Origin: Myxococcota bacterium
Lineage (GTDB): Bacteria; Myxococcota_A; UBA9160; JAFDDA01
Length of the DNA: 64,000 nucleotides
Reading direction: 5' to 3'
NCBI GenBank assembly: GCA_965228475.1
Contig: OZ245817.1
Coordinates: 2,048,001 to 2,112,000 of the forward strand
Part shown: positions 27,934-40,732 of the stretch, one piece after another
Layout of the letters: each line of letters begins with the position of its first letter
How positions within the stretch are numbered: the stretch's first letter is position 1
Position numbers and translations under genes: made by a program
Notes under the pieces: generated by a model
The model's input: the letters and a program-made list of their open reading frames with translations, nothing else
Database searches by the model: none
What the model was told of the DNA's origin: nothing

Positions 27934-29943
27934 GTGTGTGGCATCACGGGCATTCTGAGGATTGGCGATCGTCCGGTCGAGCCGGAGCGCCTTCGACCGA
28001 TGTGCGATGCCATCGCCCACCGCGGCCCGGACGACGCGGGCTACGCCTTCTTCCGGCAGGGGGGAAGCAAGACCCACGAGGGCGGCTACTGGGTCCAGTT
28101 CGCCGACGAGGCGTTCCGGCACGTCAACGAGCACCTGCCGGCACTTCAGGGCGAGTACGCGCGGCGGGAGTTCTCCCAGCAGTCCTTCGACCTGGCCCTC
28201 GGCCACCGTCGCCTCTCGATCCTCGACCTCTCTCCGCTCGGCCATCAGCCCATGTCGACGTCGGACCGGACGGACTGGGTCGTGTTCAACGGCGAGATCT
28301 ACAACTTCCGGGAACTTCGGGAGGAGCTCGAGGGGAAGGGTCACGTCTTCCGCACGCGGACGGACACCGAGGTGCTCTTGGCGCTCTGGCGGGAGCACGG
28401 CCCGGAGGCCCTCGAGCGCCTCGACGGCATGTTCGCCCTCGCGCTCTACGACCGCATGGCCGGCAAGCTCGTCCTGGCGCGCGACCGTTTCGGCGTGAAG
28501 CCGCTCTACTGGTCGGCGGCGGGTGACTTCCTCGTCTTCGCGAGCGAGCCGAAGGCGATCCTGGCGAGCGGTCTCGTAGAAGCGCGCCTCGACCCGGCCT
28601 CGGTCGCCGAGTACATGACCTTCCAGAACATGTACGGAGATCGGGTGATCTTCGAGAACATGAACCTGCTCCAGCCGGGCGAGAGCCTGACCTTCCGCGT
28701 CGGTGGCGGCCGGCCGGAGCGGCGCCGCTTCGCCGACGGGACCGCACCCGATGCGGAGGCGCTCGAGGCTGCGAACCTCGGCTTCGAGCCGGCGGCCGAG
28801 CGCGTGGGCGAGGTCTTCGGCGAGGCGGTCCGGCGCCAGCTCGTCAGCGACGTCCCCGTCGGGGCGTACCTCTCGGGTGGGATGGATTCCGGGTCGCTCG
28901 TCGCCGTGGCCGCCCGGTCGATCGGCCGGCTGACCACGTTCACCGGAGGGTTCGACCTCACGAACGTGAGCGGCATCGAGCAGGGCTTCGACGAGCGCGA
29001 GCTCGCCGAGCAGCTCTCCTACCTGATGCAGACCGAGCACTACGCGGTGGTGCTGCACGCCGGCGACATGCCGGCGGCCATGGAAGAGATCGCCTGGCAC
29101 GTGGACGACCCGCGTCTCGGGATGTGTCATCAGAACTGGTACGTGGCCAAGCTCGCCAGCCGCTTCGTGAAGGTCTGCCTCGCGGGGGCCGGCGGCGACG
29201 AGCTCTTCGGCGGCTACCCCTGGCGCTATCGCTCGGCGCTCGCGGCCGCCAATGCCGGGGACTTCGACGAGCGCTACTTCCACAGCTGGCATCGCCTGCT
29301 GCCGCCCGACCAGCTCCCACATCTCTTCCAGGATTGGATGCGGCCGCACCTCGACGGCTGCTTCGGCGCCTTCCGCGGCATGCTCGACGACGAACTCGTG
29401 GAGAGCGGCGCGGACCCCACCGCATCGCTGATCGACCGGGCCCTGCGCTTCGAGTTCCGGACCTTCATGCACGGCTTCCTCATGATCGAGGACCGCATGG
29501 CCATGGCTCACGGCCTCGAGTCGCGCGTACCGTTCCTCGACAACGCGCTCGCTGCCCTGGCCTGGGCACTCCCGGCGAAGCACAAGGTCGACCTCGCTTC
29601 GTTCGCGGACGATGCGGCGTTCGTCGAGACCGCCGACGGCAAGCTCGTGCTGCGCCGGGCGATGGAGGAGTACCTCCCGAAGAGCTTCACCCAGCAGCGC
29701 AAGCAGGGTTTCTCGCCGCCCGACGAGAACTGGTATCGGGGCCCCTCGATGAACTACGTGAAGGAGATCCTGCTCGATCCGAAGACCGCGGACCGGCCGT
29801 GGTTCGACGCGAAGTTCGCCGGGAACCTCCTCGACCAGCACTTCCGCGGAGAACGCAACCACCGCCTGCTGATCTGGTCGCTGCTTTCCCTGGAGTGGTT
29901 GCAGCGGCACTTCACCGACTCGCCGCCCCGGCGTCTGGACTGA
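27934..29943 (+). CDS. asnB: Asparagine synthase family amidotransferase (second paralog)
   Basis: (M)CGITG, HRGPD, LGHRRLSI, FNGEIYN, LSGGMDS, GAGGDELFGGY, ESRVPFLD. Confidence 0.92.
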   Translation: MCGITGILRIGDRPVEPERLRPMCDAIAHRGPDDAGYAFFRQGGSKTHEGGYWVQFADEAFRHVNEHLPALQGEYARREFSQQSFDLALGHRRLSILDLSPLGHQPMSTSDRTDWVVFNGEIYNFRELREELEGKGHVFRTRTDTEVLLALWREHGPEALERLDGMFALALYDRMAGKLVLARDRFGVKPLYWSAAGDFLVFASEPKAILASGLVEARLDPASVAEYMTFQNMYGDRVIFENMNLLQPGESLTFRVGGGRPERRRFADGTAPDAEALEAANLGFEPAAERVGEVFGEAVRRQLVSDVPVGAYLSGGMDSGSLVAVAARSIGRLTTFTGGFDLTNVSGIEQGFDERELAEQLSYLMQTEHYAVVLHAGDMPAAMEEIAWHVDDPRLGMCHQNWYVAKLASRFVKVCLAGAGGDELFGGYPWRYRSALAAANAGDFDERYFHSWHRLLPPDQLPHLFQDWMRPHLDGCFGAFRGMLDDELVESGADPTASLIDRALRFEFRTFMHGFLMIEDRMAMAHGLESRVPFLDNALAALAWALPAKHKVDLASFADDAAFVETADGKLVLRRAMEEYLPKSFTQQRKQGFSPPDENWYRGPSMNYVKEILLDPKTADRPWFDAKFAGNLLDQHFRGERNHRLLIWSLLSLEWLQRHFTDSPPRRLD

Positions 29944-29947
29944 GCCG

Positions 29948-30850
29948 GTGCGCGTCCTGGTGACCGGCGCGAACGGCTTCCTGGGTCGTCGCCTCGTGGG
30001 CGAGCTCGTCCGGGCGGGTTGCGACGTCACGGCCCTGGTCCGGCCGGGTTCGACCGCCGGCCTCGAGGGGATCACCTGCCGTCGCGTCGAGGCGGACCTG
30101 GGCTCGCGCGCGCCCGTCGCCGACCCTGGCCCGCACGACGCGGCCTATCTGCTCGCACAGTCCGCCGCGTACCGGAGTGGCCTGGCCGGCGCGACCGACG
30201 TGATGGCGGTGAACCTCATGGGGCTGGCGCGTTCCCTCGAGATCGCACGTGCGGCGGGGGTACGGCGCGTCTTCTCCTACTCGAGCGGCAGCGTCTACGC
30301 CCCGAGTTTCGATCCGCTGCCCGAGGAGAGCCCGGCTGCAGGCGAGAGCCTCTACCCGATGAGCAAGCGCATGGGGGAAGAGCTCGTCGCGAGGTTCGAA
30401 GGCGAGTTCGAGCTGTGCATCGTCCGGCCGTTCATCGTCTACGGCCCTGGCCAGGAGGACCGGATGATCCCGGACCTGGTCAGCCGGGTGGCCGAGGGGC
30501 GGGCCGTGACGCTGGCCCCGCGGGTCCGGGGTGAAGCGCGCCCCTCGGGACTGGTGACGACGCCGTGCCACGTCGACGACGCGGCGCGCATCAGTGCGGG
30601 GCTTCTCGGGAGCGATGCGCCGGGCGTCCTGAACCTCGCCGGCCGGGAACGGATCTCGGTGCGCGACGTCGCCGAGCTCGCCGGGGAACGTCTCGGCCGG
30701 GAACCGGTGCTCGAAGCGCTCGACGAGCCGCGCGCCGGGGACTTCATCGCGGACACGACGCGGCTCGAGAAGCTGCTGGCCCCCCAGTTCCTGCCTTTCT
30801 CCGAGGGCCTGGGGGAGGTCATCGCCGACGCCGGGCTCGCTCCGGCCTAG
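29948..30850 (+). CDS. NAD-dependent epimerase/dehydratase (SDR)
   Basis: TGANGFLG, SSGSVY, YPMSK, RPFIVYGP. Confidence 0.88.
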   Translation: MRVLVTGANGFLGRRLVGELVRAGCDVTALVRPGSTAGLEGITCRRVEADLGSRAPVADPGPHDAAYLLAQSAAYRSGLAGATDVMAVNLMGLARSLEIARAAGVRRVFSYSSGSVYAPSFDPLPEESPAAGESLYPMSKRMGEELVARFEGEFELCIVRPFIVYGPGQEDRMIPDLVSRVAEGRAVTLAPRVRGEARPSGLVTTPCHVDDAARISAGLLGSDAPGVLNLAGRERISVRDVAELAGERLGREPVLEALDEPRAGDFIADTTRLEKLLAPQFLPFSEGLGEVIADAGLAPA

Positions 30851-30863
30851 GCGACGAGGCCCC

Positions 30864-32036
30864 TCAGCCGCGGCGCAGGAAATCGACCACCGTCTCCGCG
30901 ACGTGCTCGAGCTGGGCCTTCTCGAGTTCGGGGTACACGGGGATCGCGAGTGTCTCCGCCGCGGCGGCCTCGGTCACGGGAAGGTCGCCTTCGCCGTAGC
31001 CGAGCTCGGCAAAACACGCCTGCTGATGGAGCCCGAGCGGGTAGTAGATCTCGCTTCCGATCTGACGCTCGCGCAGGGCCTCGCGAAGCGGATCGCGAAG
31101 CTCGGCCGGCACGCGCAGCACGTACTGGTTGTAGATGTGGGATGCCGCCGCGGGTGCGGGCTGCGGCGTCCGCAAGGGGAGGGTGCCGTCGTTCTCGGCG
31201 CCCGTGGGCGCGGCGCCGGCCCGCGCGAACGCGTCGTCGTACCAGGCGGCGTTCTCCTGGCGGCGCTTCGTCCAGTCGTCGAGATGCCGGAGCTTGACCC
31301 GTACGACCGCGGCCTGGATGGCGTCGAGGCGGGAGTTCACACCCACGAGGCTGTGATAGTACTTCGGCTTCGAACCGTGCAGGCGGAGCTTGGCCATGCG
31401 TTCGGCCAGATCGGGGTCTCCCGTGGTGACGATCCCGCCGTCCCCGAAAGCACCGAGGTTCTTCGAAGGGAAGAAGCTGAAACACCCGACCGTCGCCCGC
31501 GAGCCGGCCCGGGCGCCGGACCCATCGCGGGCGCCGATCGCCTGGGCGGCATCTTCGACGACGGGGACGCCGAACTCCTGCCCGAGGGCCAGGAGGCCGT
31601 CCAGGTCGGCGACCTGCCCGAAGAGGTCGACCGGGAGCAACGCCTTCAGCTGTGTGCAGCGGCTCGCGGCTTCGCGGACCTTCGCGAGGTCCACGTTGTA
31701 CGTGACCGGCTCGATGTCGCAGAACACGGGGCGAGCGCCCAGTCGCCAGACGGCTCCGGCGGTGGCGAAGAACGTATAGGAAGGGCAGACGACCTCGTCG
31801 CCCGGGCCGACGCCAAGGGCCATCAGGGCCAGCAGCAGCGCATCGGAACCCGAGGCGCAGCCGACGGCGTGCGGCGCATCGGAATAGGCGGCGATCTCCT
31901 TCTCGAGGGCCTGGACCTCGGGGCCCATGATGAAGTGCTGGCTCTCGAGGACGCCGGCGATGGCCGCGCCGATCTCGTCGCGCAGGGTCGCGTACTGGGC
32001 CTTGAGATCGAGGAGCGGGACCTCGGGGTGGCTCAC
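30864..32036 (-). CDS. DegT/DnrJ aminotransferase, WbpE/WlbC-like
   Basis: [47 protein letters not shown]; third gene of a wlbABC-like triad. Confidence 0.88.
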   Translation of the reverse strand: MSHPEVPLLDLKAQYATLRDEIGAAIAGVLESQHFIMGPEVQALEKEIAAYSDAPHAVGCASGSDALLLALMALGVGPGDEVVCPSYTFFATAGAVWRLGARPVFCDIEPVTYNVDLAKVREAASRCTQLKALLPVDLFGQVADLDGLLALGQEFGVPVVEDAAQAIGARDGSGARAGSRATVGCFSFFPSKNLGAFGDGGIVTTGDPDLAERMAKLRLHGSKPKYYHSLVGVNSRLDAIQAAVVRVKLRHLDDWTKRRQENAAWYDDAFARAGAAPTGAENDGTLPLRTPQPAPAAASHIYNQYVLRVPAELRDPLREALRERQIGSEIYYPLGLHQQACFAELGYGEGDLPVTEAAAAETLAIPVYPELEKAQLEHVAETVVDFLRRG

Positions 32037-32647
32037 GTCTGGCTCTCCTTGAGGGGCAGGAGGGCCTCGCCCTCCTGGCGGTACTGGTTTCCACAGGCGT
32101 CGCAGGCGGTGTCCCCGGTCGAGTTCGTCGCCGGGAGGGTGACGCCGCAGCGGCAGACCCATGCGCGGCGCCGCGCGGGCACGCCCATCATCAGCGCATA
32201 GGCGGGGACGTCGTCGGTCACGACGGCGCCCGCGGCGATCAGCGCGAAGGCGCCGATCTCGGAACCGCAGACCACGGTCGAGTTGGCGCCGAGGGTGGCG
32301 CCTCGCCGGACGGGGGTGGAGCGGTACTCGTCCTTGCGGGAGATCTCGCTGCGCGGATTCGTGACGTTGGTGAAGACCATCGAAGGCCCGCAGAAGACGT
32401 CGTCCTCGAGAACGACGCCCGTATAGACGGACACGTTGTTCTGGATCTTGACGTTGTTCCCGATCGTCACGCCCGGAGAGACGACGACGTTCTGTCCGAG
32501 GTTGCAGCCGCGGCCGATGCGGGAGTCCGACATGACGTGACAGAAGTGCCAGATCCGCGTGTCCTCGCCGATCTCGCAAGGCTCGTCGACCCAGGCGGAC
32601 TCGTGGATCTGGACGCCGGGGAAACTAGAGGGATTGAACCCGGGCAT
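32033..32647 (-). CDS. N-acetyltransferase, WbpD/WlbB-like, with C-terminal Cys-rich zinc-ribbon-like tail
   Basis: [41 protein letters not shown]...CDAC tail. Confidence 0.9.
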   Translation of the reverse strand: MPGFNPSSFPGVQIHESAWVDEPCEIGEDTRIWHFCHVMSDSRIGRGCNLGQNVVVSPGVTIGNNVKIQNNVSVYTGVVLEDDVFCGPSMVFTNVTNPRSEISRKDEYRSTPVRRGATLGANSTVVCGSEIGAFALIAAGAVVTDDVPAYALMMGVPARRRAWVCRCGVTLPATNSTGDTACDACGNQYRQEGEALLPLKESQT

Positions 32648-33674
32648 GGGCCGTGCTCCCCGCTGCTTCGCTGCGCCGCCGCTCCGGAGTGCGGAGCGAG
32701 ACCGGAGCTCCGTTGGTCGCCATCGAGCGCTGGGAGGCGTGGAGGATCTGGAGCACCCGCAAGCCGTTCCACCCGTCGGTGCGGGGGGTCTTGCGGCTTT
32801 CGATGCACTCGAGGAAGTGGATGCATTCCTCGGCGAGGGGCTCCTTGTCCGGGAACTCGACCGGGACGCCCGGGGACTTCGTCGGGACGGGCTCGCCTTC
32901 CTTCCATTCGAACTGGAGGTCGTAGAGCAGGAGCTCCTTGGTCACGTCGTCGTAGGTCGCCATGCTCTTCGAGCCGATCACGACGAGCTTCTGCTCCTTG
33001 AACGGGTGAAGCCACGACACGAAGATGTGAGAGCGGACGCCGTTGTCGAACAAGAGCTGACTCACCGTGACGTCGGCGACGTTGGGCGTGATGTAGGCGC
33101 CTCCGGTCGCGACGACCTCGAAGGGCAGGTCGCCGACGAGGCGCAGGATCACCGAGACGTCGTGCGGCGCGAAGGACCAGAGCGCGTTTTCTTCCGTGCG
33201 GATCTTGCCCAGGTTCAGGCGGTTCGAGATCACGTAGCGGAGCTTGCCGAGGGCGCCCTCCTCGATGAGCTGATGGAGCTTCAGGATCGCGGGGTGGTAC
33301 TCGAGGACGTGCCCCACCATCAGCAGGCGTCCCGCGCGCTCGGCGCGATCGATCAGGTCCGCCGCCTGGTCGACGTCGATGGTCAGCGGCTTCTCCACGT
33401 AGGTGTCGCGACCGGCCGCGATCGCCTCGCAGGCGACCTCGTAGTGGGTCTCGGCCGGCGTCGCGACCATCACGCCCTTGATGGCGTCGTCGCTGAGGGC
33501 GTCCGCGAGCCGTTCATGGACGGGCACGCCGGGCGCGAGCTTCTCGGCCTTCCGGCGGCCGGCCTCGCTCGGGTCCACGACGGCACCCAGTGCTCCGAGC
33601 CGCGCGACGTTGCGCACGATGTTCGAGCCCCAATGGCCGCAGCCGACGACGGCGACCTTCGCTTCGGCCGACAT
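32625..33674 (-). CDS. Gfo/Idh/MocA oxidoreductase, WbpB/WlbA-like sugar 3-dehydrogenase
   Basis: [43 protein letters not shown]. Confidence 0.85.
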   Translation of the reverse strand: MSAEAKVAVVGCGHWGSNIVRNVARLGALGAVVDPSEAGRRKAEKLAPGVPVHERLADALSDDAIKGVMVATPAETHYEVACEAIAAGRDTYVEKPLTIDVDQAADLIDRAERAGRLLMVGHVLEYHPAILKLHQLIEEGALGKLRYVISNRLNLGKIRTEENALWSFAPHDVSVILRLVGDLPFEVVATGGAYITPNVADVTVSQLLFDNGVRSHIFVSWLHPFKEQKLVVIGSKSMATYDDVTKELLLYDLQFEWKEGEPVPTKSPGVPVEFPDKEPLAEECIHFLECIESRKTPRTDGWNGLRVLQILHASQRSMATNGAPVSLRTPERRRSEAAGSTAHARVQSL

Positions 33675-33854
33675 AACCCTCCCCCCGGGATTCGGTGGCC
33701 CCGCCGCGCAGGGCCTCGCATGGCCGGCAGACTGCGCGCCACGCGAAAACGCTACGACGGTATCCCTTGGGGTCGGGGAACGCAATCGGGACGGGGCCTT
33801 GCGGCACTCACGAGCCTCCGGGCGAGCTCCCCCGCACCGCCTGCGGCGCAGACG

Positions 33855-36293
33855 CTAGGGGGCCACGCTCGGCCGGATCGGACCCTGCAGGTTCTGCGGG
33901 AGGTCGAGCCACCCGTCGCTGCTCGCCGTGCCCTCGTGGGCCGACCCGTCGTCGTCGACGACGTAGAGGGCCGAGGGGTCTTCGGAGCCCACGACGATCT
34001 CGAGTCGGCCGTCGCCGTCCACGTCACCGACGGACGGGTAGGTCGTCTCGACGTTGCCCGGAACCTGGATCCAGTCCTCGCCGGCGGAGTAGGGCGCGAA
34101 CCCAGCGACGCCATCGTCGAGGATCGCGAGCCAGCCCTCGCCACCCAGACCGAGACCGAGGACGATCTCGTCGCGACCGTCGCCATCGAGGTCGCCGAGG
34201 GATGGGGTCGAGCTGCCCGAAGCCGCGTTGAAGGCGCTCCAGGTCGACCACTGATACCAGCCCGCGCCGTACTCGGGGAACCCGGCCACCGCGTCGTCCA
34301 GCACGTACATCCAGCCTTCGCCCCCGTCGCCGAGGCCGACGACGATCTCGTCGCGTCCGTCGCCGTCGATGTCGCCGACGGCGGGGTGGGACACGCCGCC
34401 CGCAGCGAGGAAGGGGGCCCACTCGGTCCACTGGAACACGGCGTTGCCGCCGGCCGGCCCGTTGCTCGGCGAGAAGTCGAACATCTGGATCCAGCCCTGC
34501 TCGAGGCCGACGACGATCTCGTCGCGTCCGTCGCCGTCGATGTCGCCGCAGGCCGGGTAGGTCGCGCCGCCGCCGCCCACGTTTCGGGTCGGGGCCGGCA
34601 GGGACCAGGTCACGTTCGAGCCGGAGAGGCCGAGCACGCGGACCTCGTTCCCTTCGTCGAAGCCCACGGCGAGGCCAGGATTGCCGTCGCCGGCGAAGTC
34701 GCACCAGACCGTGCGCGTCCCACGCGACGCATCGATCCCGGCCGCAGCGATGGCGGCGGCCGTTCCGTCGAATTCGAGTCCGGGCAGCGTGTCGTCGTCG
34801 TGGTCGCTCGCGCCGAGCAGGATGCGCGCGGGGTCCATCGGCGTGACGGGCGTGCTCGAGCCCGAGCGGCGAACCGCCGGCTGGAAGCGCCCGGAGGCGC
34901 CGAGCAGCGTGAGGTCGACTCGGCCGTCGCCCTGGGGCGTCCCCGCATGCGGGGTGAGGTCATCGTCCAGGACACGGGCGATGGCGCCGTCGGAGCCAAC
35001 GATGATCTCCTGCCGTCCGTCGCCGTCGATGTCTCCCACCGCCGGCAGGGTCGCGCCGCTCCCGTGCACCGGGAGCCAGCCCGAGGGGGTGCCGAAGGGC
35101 GAGAAGCTGCTCACGGCGTCGTCGGCCATCATGATCCAGCCCTCGCCGCCGTTGCCGGTCCCGATCACGATCTCGTCCCGTCCATCGCGGTCGAGGTCGC
35201 CGAGCGCGACGTACGAGGCGCCGCCTGCGTTCACGAACGAAGGCCAGGAGGTCCACTGGACCCAGCCCGAGCCGGCCCAGTCGGCAAACGACGTGCCGGC
35301 ATCGTCCATCACGAAGATCCAGCCTTCGCCGCCGTTCCCGAGGCCGATCACGACTTCACCGCGGCCGTCGCCGTCGATGTCGCCGACCGCAGGCCGGCCG
35401 GTGCCGCCGCGGGCCAGGAACGAAGGCCACGTCGCCCACTGTCGAGCGCCGCGCTCGAGGCCGGAGCCGCCCATGAAGCCGTAGGAGGCGTCGGCGTCCT
35501 CGTAGAACTGGATCCAACCGCCGGTGAGACCGACGACGATCTCGTCGCGTCCGTCGCCGTCGAGGTCGCCGCAGGCGGGCCAGGTCGCGCCCGAGCCGGG
35601 GACGTCTCGCGACCAGAGCGTCGCGCGCAGGGAAGTCGTTCCGTTGGACACGCGGTGGACGGTGGTGAGGTCGCCCGAGCCGTATCCGACCACGAGCTCC
35701 GGCTCACCGTCTCCCTCGGTATCGCACCAGGCGACCCGCGGGTTCGAGTTCGCGCTGATTCCGGCCATGGGAAGACCCGAAAGCGTCCCGTCGAGGTCGA
35801 AGCCGCCGATGGCGCCGGCAAGGCCCGATCCCACACCCAGCTGCACGGAGGCCAGGGGCCCCGGCCCGGGGCCCGGTCCCGGCTCTGGCTCCGGCTCGGG
35901 TTCCGGTTCAGGCTCCGGTTCCGGCTCGGGCTCCGGCTCCGGTTCGGGCTCCGGCGCCGCGACGACGATCTCGTTCGACGGCACCGAGTAGAGCTGCGAG
36001 GTGTTGTACGCGCGCAGCGAGAGATAGACGTCGTGATCCGCGGAGATGGTCACGACGGTGGAGATCACGCCCTGCGAATCCGGGCCGTGCAGACCGAGCT
36101 CGAGGACCTGCTGGTAGCTACCGGGAGCGTTCCCGACCGACAGCGAGTAGCCGGCGATGTCCGGGCTCGCCGGCTGCAGCCAGCGCACGGTGTAGTTGCG
36201 GGTCGCTGCTTCGACGGTTCCCGCCAGGAGCACGGAAGCGAGCAGCACAGCCAGGCTCGCGCAGCGCGAGCGAGTCCGAGTGGGGTGACTCAT
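33855..36293 (-). CDS. Secreted FG-GAP (integrin-like) repeat protein with N-terminal FN3-like domain and Pro-Glu linker
   Basis: Signal peptide (..VEA), W...DIAGY...AYN....S..SNE FN3-like pattern, about 10 GD[LIV]DGDGRDEIVVG-type repeats. Confidence 0.85.
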   Translation of the reverse strand: MSHPTRTRSRCASLAVLLASVLLAGTVEAATRNYTVRWLQPASPDIAGYSLSVGNAPGSYQQVLELGLHGPDSQGVISTVVTISADHDVYLSLRAYNTSQLYSVPSNEIVVAAPEPEPEPEPEPEPEPEPEPEPEPEPGPGPGPGPLASVQLGVGSGLAGAIGGFDLDGTLSGLPMAGISANSNPRVAWCDTEGDGEPELVVGYGSGDLTTVHRVSNGTTSLRATLWSRDVPGSGATWPACGDLDGDGRDEIVVGLTGGWIQFYEDADASYGFMGGSGLERGARQWATWPSFLARGGTGRPAVGDIDGDGRGEVVIGLGNGGEGWIFVMDDAGTSFADWAGSGWVQWTSWPSFVNAGGASYVALGDLDRDGRDEIVIGTGNGGEGWIMMADDAVSSFSPFGTPSGWLPVHGSGATLPAVGDIDGDGRQEIIVGSDGAIARVLDDDLTPHAGTPQGDGRVDLTLLGASGRFQPAVRRSGSSTPVTPMDPARILLGASDHDDDTLPGLEFDGTAAAIAAAGIDASRGTRTVWCDFAGDGNPGLAVGFDEGNEVRVLGLSGSNVTWSLPAPTRNVGGGGATYPACGDIDGDGRDEIVVGLEQGWIQMFDFSPSNGPAGGNAVFQWTEWAPFLAAGGVSHPAVGDIDGDGRDEIVVGLGDGGEGWMYVLDDAVAGFPEYGAGWYQWSTWSAFNAASGSSTPSLGDLDGDGRDEIVLGLGLGGEGWLAILDDGVAGFAPYSAGEDWIQVPGNVETTYPSVGDVDGDGRLEIVVGSEDPSALYVVDDDGSAHEGTASSDGWLDLPQNLQGPIRPSVAP
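35881..35952 (-). repeat. (Pro-Glu)x12 coding hexamer repeat followed by (Gly-Pro) repeats
   Basis: 12 tandem GG(C/T)TCN hexamers on the + strand with synonymous variation. Confidence 0.9.
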
Positions 36294-36326
36294 GAGAGCA
36301 CAGTTCGACCAACGACACACGACGGG

Positions 36327-36342
36327 TGTGATTCGGCTCACC
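36327..36342. promoter_or_regulatory. CRP-type binding site candidate
   Basis: TGTGA-TTCGGC-TCACC, 9/10 match to TGTGA-N6-TCACA, 34-49 nt upstream of the FG-GAP gene start. Confidence 0.55.
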
Positions 36343-36574
36343 GGGGGTTCGGTGGATTGCCCGGACTCGTCTCCAGTTCAGCCGGAGGAGGCGCGTCCGT
36401 GAAAACGTCGACGTGCATGATTCCCTTCATGCGGGCCCGACGTTCCGCGGGAATATGCCGGTTCATCGGGCGTCTGGCGACGCTTCATCAGCCCTTTCAG
36501 AAAACTCTTCCGTGTGAAGGATTCTGGATCGGGCGGCTTTCGGTCTTTGGACGCGCGAGCGGGCCGGTTCGTTC

Positions 36575-37681
36575 TCAGATTCCCAGAGCGGTGCGCATTT
36601 CGCGGCGGAAGCGCTCGTTCGAGAAGCCCTCGGCGTGGCGCCGGATGGCCTCCGGGGAGAACGAGCTCTCGAGTTCGGTAAAACGCCGTATCGCCGCCCG
36701 GGCGGACTCCGGGTTCGGCTCCGGGAAGTGGATTCCCGTGGGGGATGCGTCGTCTGACGTCGCATCGTCCTGCGGAATCACCGTTTCGGCCGCGCCGCCC
36801 CGGCCGAAGGCGACGACCGGCCGCCCCGCGGCCTGGGCCTCCACCGCGATGATCCCGAAGTCCTCTTCCTGGGGGTACACGAGCGCCCGGCAGCGGGCGT
36901 AGAGCTCCGCGAGCTCTTCGTCGCTGACCCGCCCGCGGAACTCGACGTTCGGCGGCGCATGGGCGGCGATGCGCTCGCGCAGGGGCCCGTCGCCGGCAAC
37001 GACGAGCCGCTCGCCGAGGCCGCGGAAGGCCTCGATGGCCAGGGCCTCCCGTTTGTAGGGGACGAAGGCGCCCACCATGAGGAAGAAGTCGTCCGGGGGG
37101 CGGCCGTCGGGCTGGATGCGATTCGTGTCGACCGGCGGGAAGATCATGCCGGCCTCGCGGCCCCAGCGGCGCCTCACGCGGTCCCGCACGGTCTCCGAGA
37201 TGGCGATGACCTCGTGGATCCGTTCGGGCGTGCTCGTGCGCTGGTCCCAGCGGCGGAGCGCCGCGACCAGGGGCGCGGCGACGACGCGCTTCGCGCCGCG
37301 GCCGACGTAGGCGTCGATCTGATCCCAGACGTAGCGGATGGGCGTGAAGCAGTAACAGACGTGGCGGCCGGGCGGCGGGACGCGCACGCCCTTGGCGAAG
37401 GCGTGGCTCGTGGAGACGACGAGATCGTAGCCCGAGAGGTCGAGCTGGCCGGCGGCCCACGGGAAGAAGGGCAGGAACTTGCGGTAGTGGCGCGCCGCGC
37501 CGGGAAGGCGCGAGAGCGGGCTCGCGAAGATGCGCCGGTCCTCGATCCGCTTCGACGTGCTGCCCGGAACGTGGATCAGCGTGTGGAGGTCGGCTTCCGG
37601 GAAGATCTTGCACAGCTCTTCGAGGACGCGCTCGCCCCCGCGCATGCCGGTCAGCCAATCGTGGACGAGGGCCGTTCGCAC
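36575..37681 (-). CDS. Glycosyltransferase family 4
   Basis: [56 protein letters not shown]. Confidence 0.93.
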   Translation of the reverse strand: MRTALVHDWLTGMRGGERVLEELCKIFPEADLHTLIHVPGSTSKRIEDRRIFASPLSRLPGAARHYRKFLPFFPWAAGQLDLSGYDLVVSTSHAFAKGVRVPPPGRHVCYCFTPIRYVWDQIDAYVGRGAKRVVAAPLVAALRRWDQRTSTPERIHEVIAISETVRDRVRRRWGREAGMIFPPVDTNRIQPDGRPPDDFFLMVGAFVPYKREALAIEAFRGLGERLVVAGDGPLRERIAAHAPPNVEFRGRVSDEELAELYARCRALVYPQEEDFGIIAVEAQAAGRPVVAFGRGGAAETVIPQDDATSDDASPTGIHFPEPNPESARAAIRRFTELESSFSPEAIRRHAEGFSNERFRREMRTALGI

Positions 37682-37699
37682 GGCGCCGAGCTTAGCCTG

Positions 37700-40078
<2,379 letters not shown>

Positions 40079-40105
40079 GCGGATCTCCGTAAAGGGGAAG
40101 GGGCC

Positions 40106-40133
40106 AAGCTAGGCACGGGGAGGGGCCCGTCAA
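40106..40133 (-). promoter_or_regulatory. Candidate sigma-70 promoter of lon
   Basis: TTGACG-16 nt-TAGCTT on the minus strand, upstream of a GGAG RBS and TTG start. Confidence 0.5.
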
Positions 40134-40166
40134 GCCGAGGCGGCCAGAAAGGCCGCCTTCGGGGCG

Positions 40167-40628
40167 TCAGGCGCCCTGGCCGAAGGTGCCCGGGTGCAAA
40201 GGGGAAATCCAGCGGCGGGGGGGCAGGAGGGCGGCCAGCGTCCCGGCGACGGCCCAGGCCAGGGTCCCCAGGTAGTTCCCGGCGCTTCCGGGCTCCCAGG
40301 AGGTGAAGGCCAGGGCGCCAACGGGCGGGAAGGCGAGGGCGGCGATCGCGGCGAGGCCGAGCGCGATGCGAGGCAGGCTCGCATCGAGCCCCGGCCGGAG
40401 CCGGGCCGCGAGCACGAACGCCGCGACGGTGAGGCCGGAGAGGGGAAGGGCGAGCTGGAGCCCGATGGCCTTCGCGAGGCCGAGCCAGACTTCGCGCTGG
40501 ACCTCGCCGAGTTCGAGGACCCCGGCGGAGACGGCGAGCCCCGCCGCGCCGAACGCGGCGGCGAGGAGTCCCGCTGCCAGGGATGCGGAGACCGCCCACC
40601 AGAGAAGCCCGAGGCCCGCGCGTCGCAT
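40167..40628 (-). CDS. Small 4-TM membrane protein of unknown function
   Basis: Four hydrophobic segments; fills the gap between lon and the tRNA. Confidence 0.6.
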   Translation of the reverse strand: MRRAGLGLLWWAVSASLAAGLLAAAFGAAGLAVSAGVLELGEVQREVWLGLAKAIGLQLALPLSGLTVAAFVLAARLRPGLDASLPRIALGLAAIAALAFPPVGALAFTSWEPGSAGNYLGTLAWAVAGTLAALLPPRRWISPLHPGTFGQGA

Positions 40629-40732
40629 CGCCAGGGTGTAGCGCGCTCGGGGGCTCCTTTCGGGGCGCGGCGGGAGTTCTCGAAACCCGGTGGCCCGCTC
40701 CCGCGACGACGCTACTCTCGGCCCGCCCGAGT

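Noticed and set aside
34000..35720. Recurrent nucleotide repeats (GACGACGATCTCGTCGCGTCCGTCGCCGTCGA) as a possible CRISPR array
   Set aside because: Degenerate, irregularly spaced and in-frame FG-GAP coding repeats; no cas genes in the window.
32559..36902. 1447-aa plus-strand ORF and other long Arg/Pro/Ala-rich ORFs (1445-5089, 26416-30075, 36959-40306, 45065-48394)
   Set aside because: Alternative-frame or antisense overlaps of well-supported genes, with low-complexity composition.
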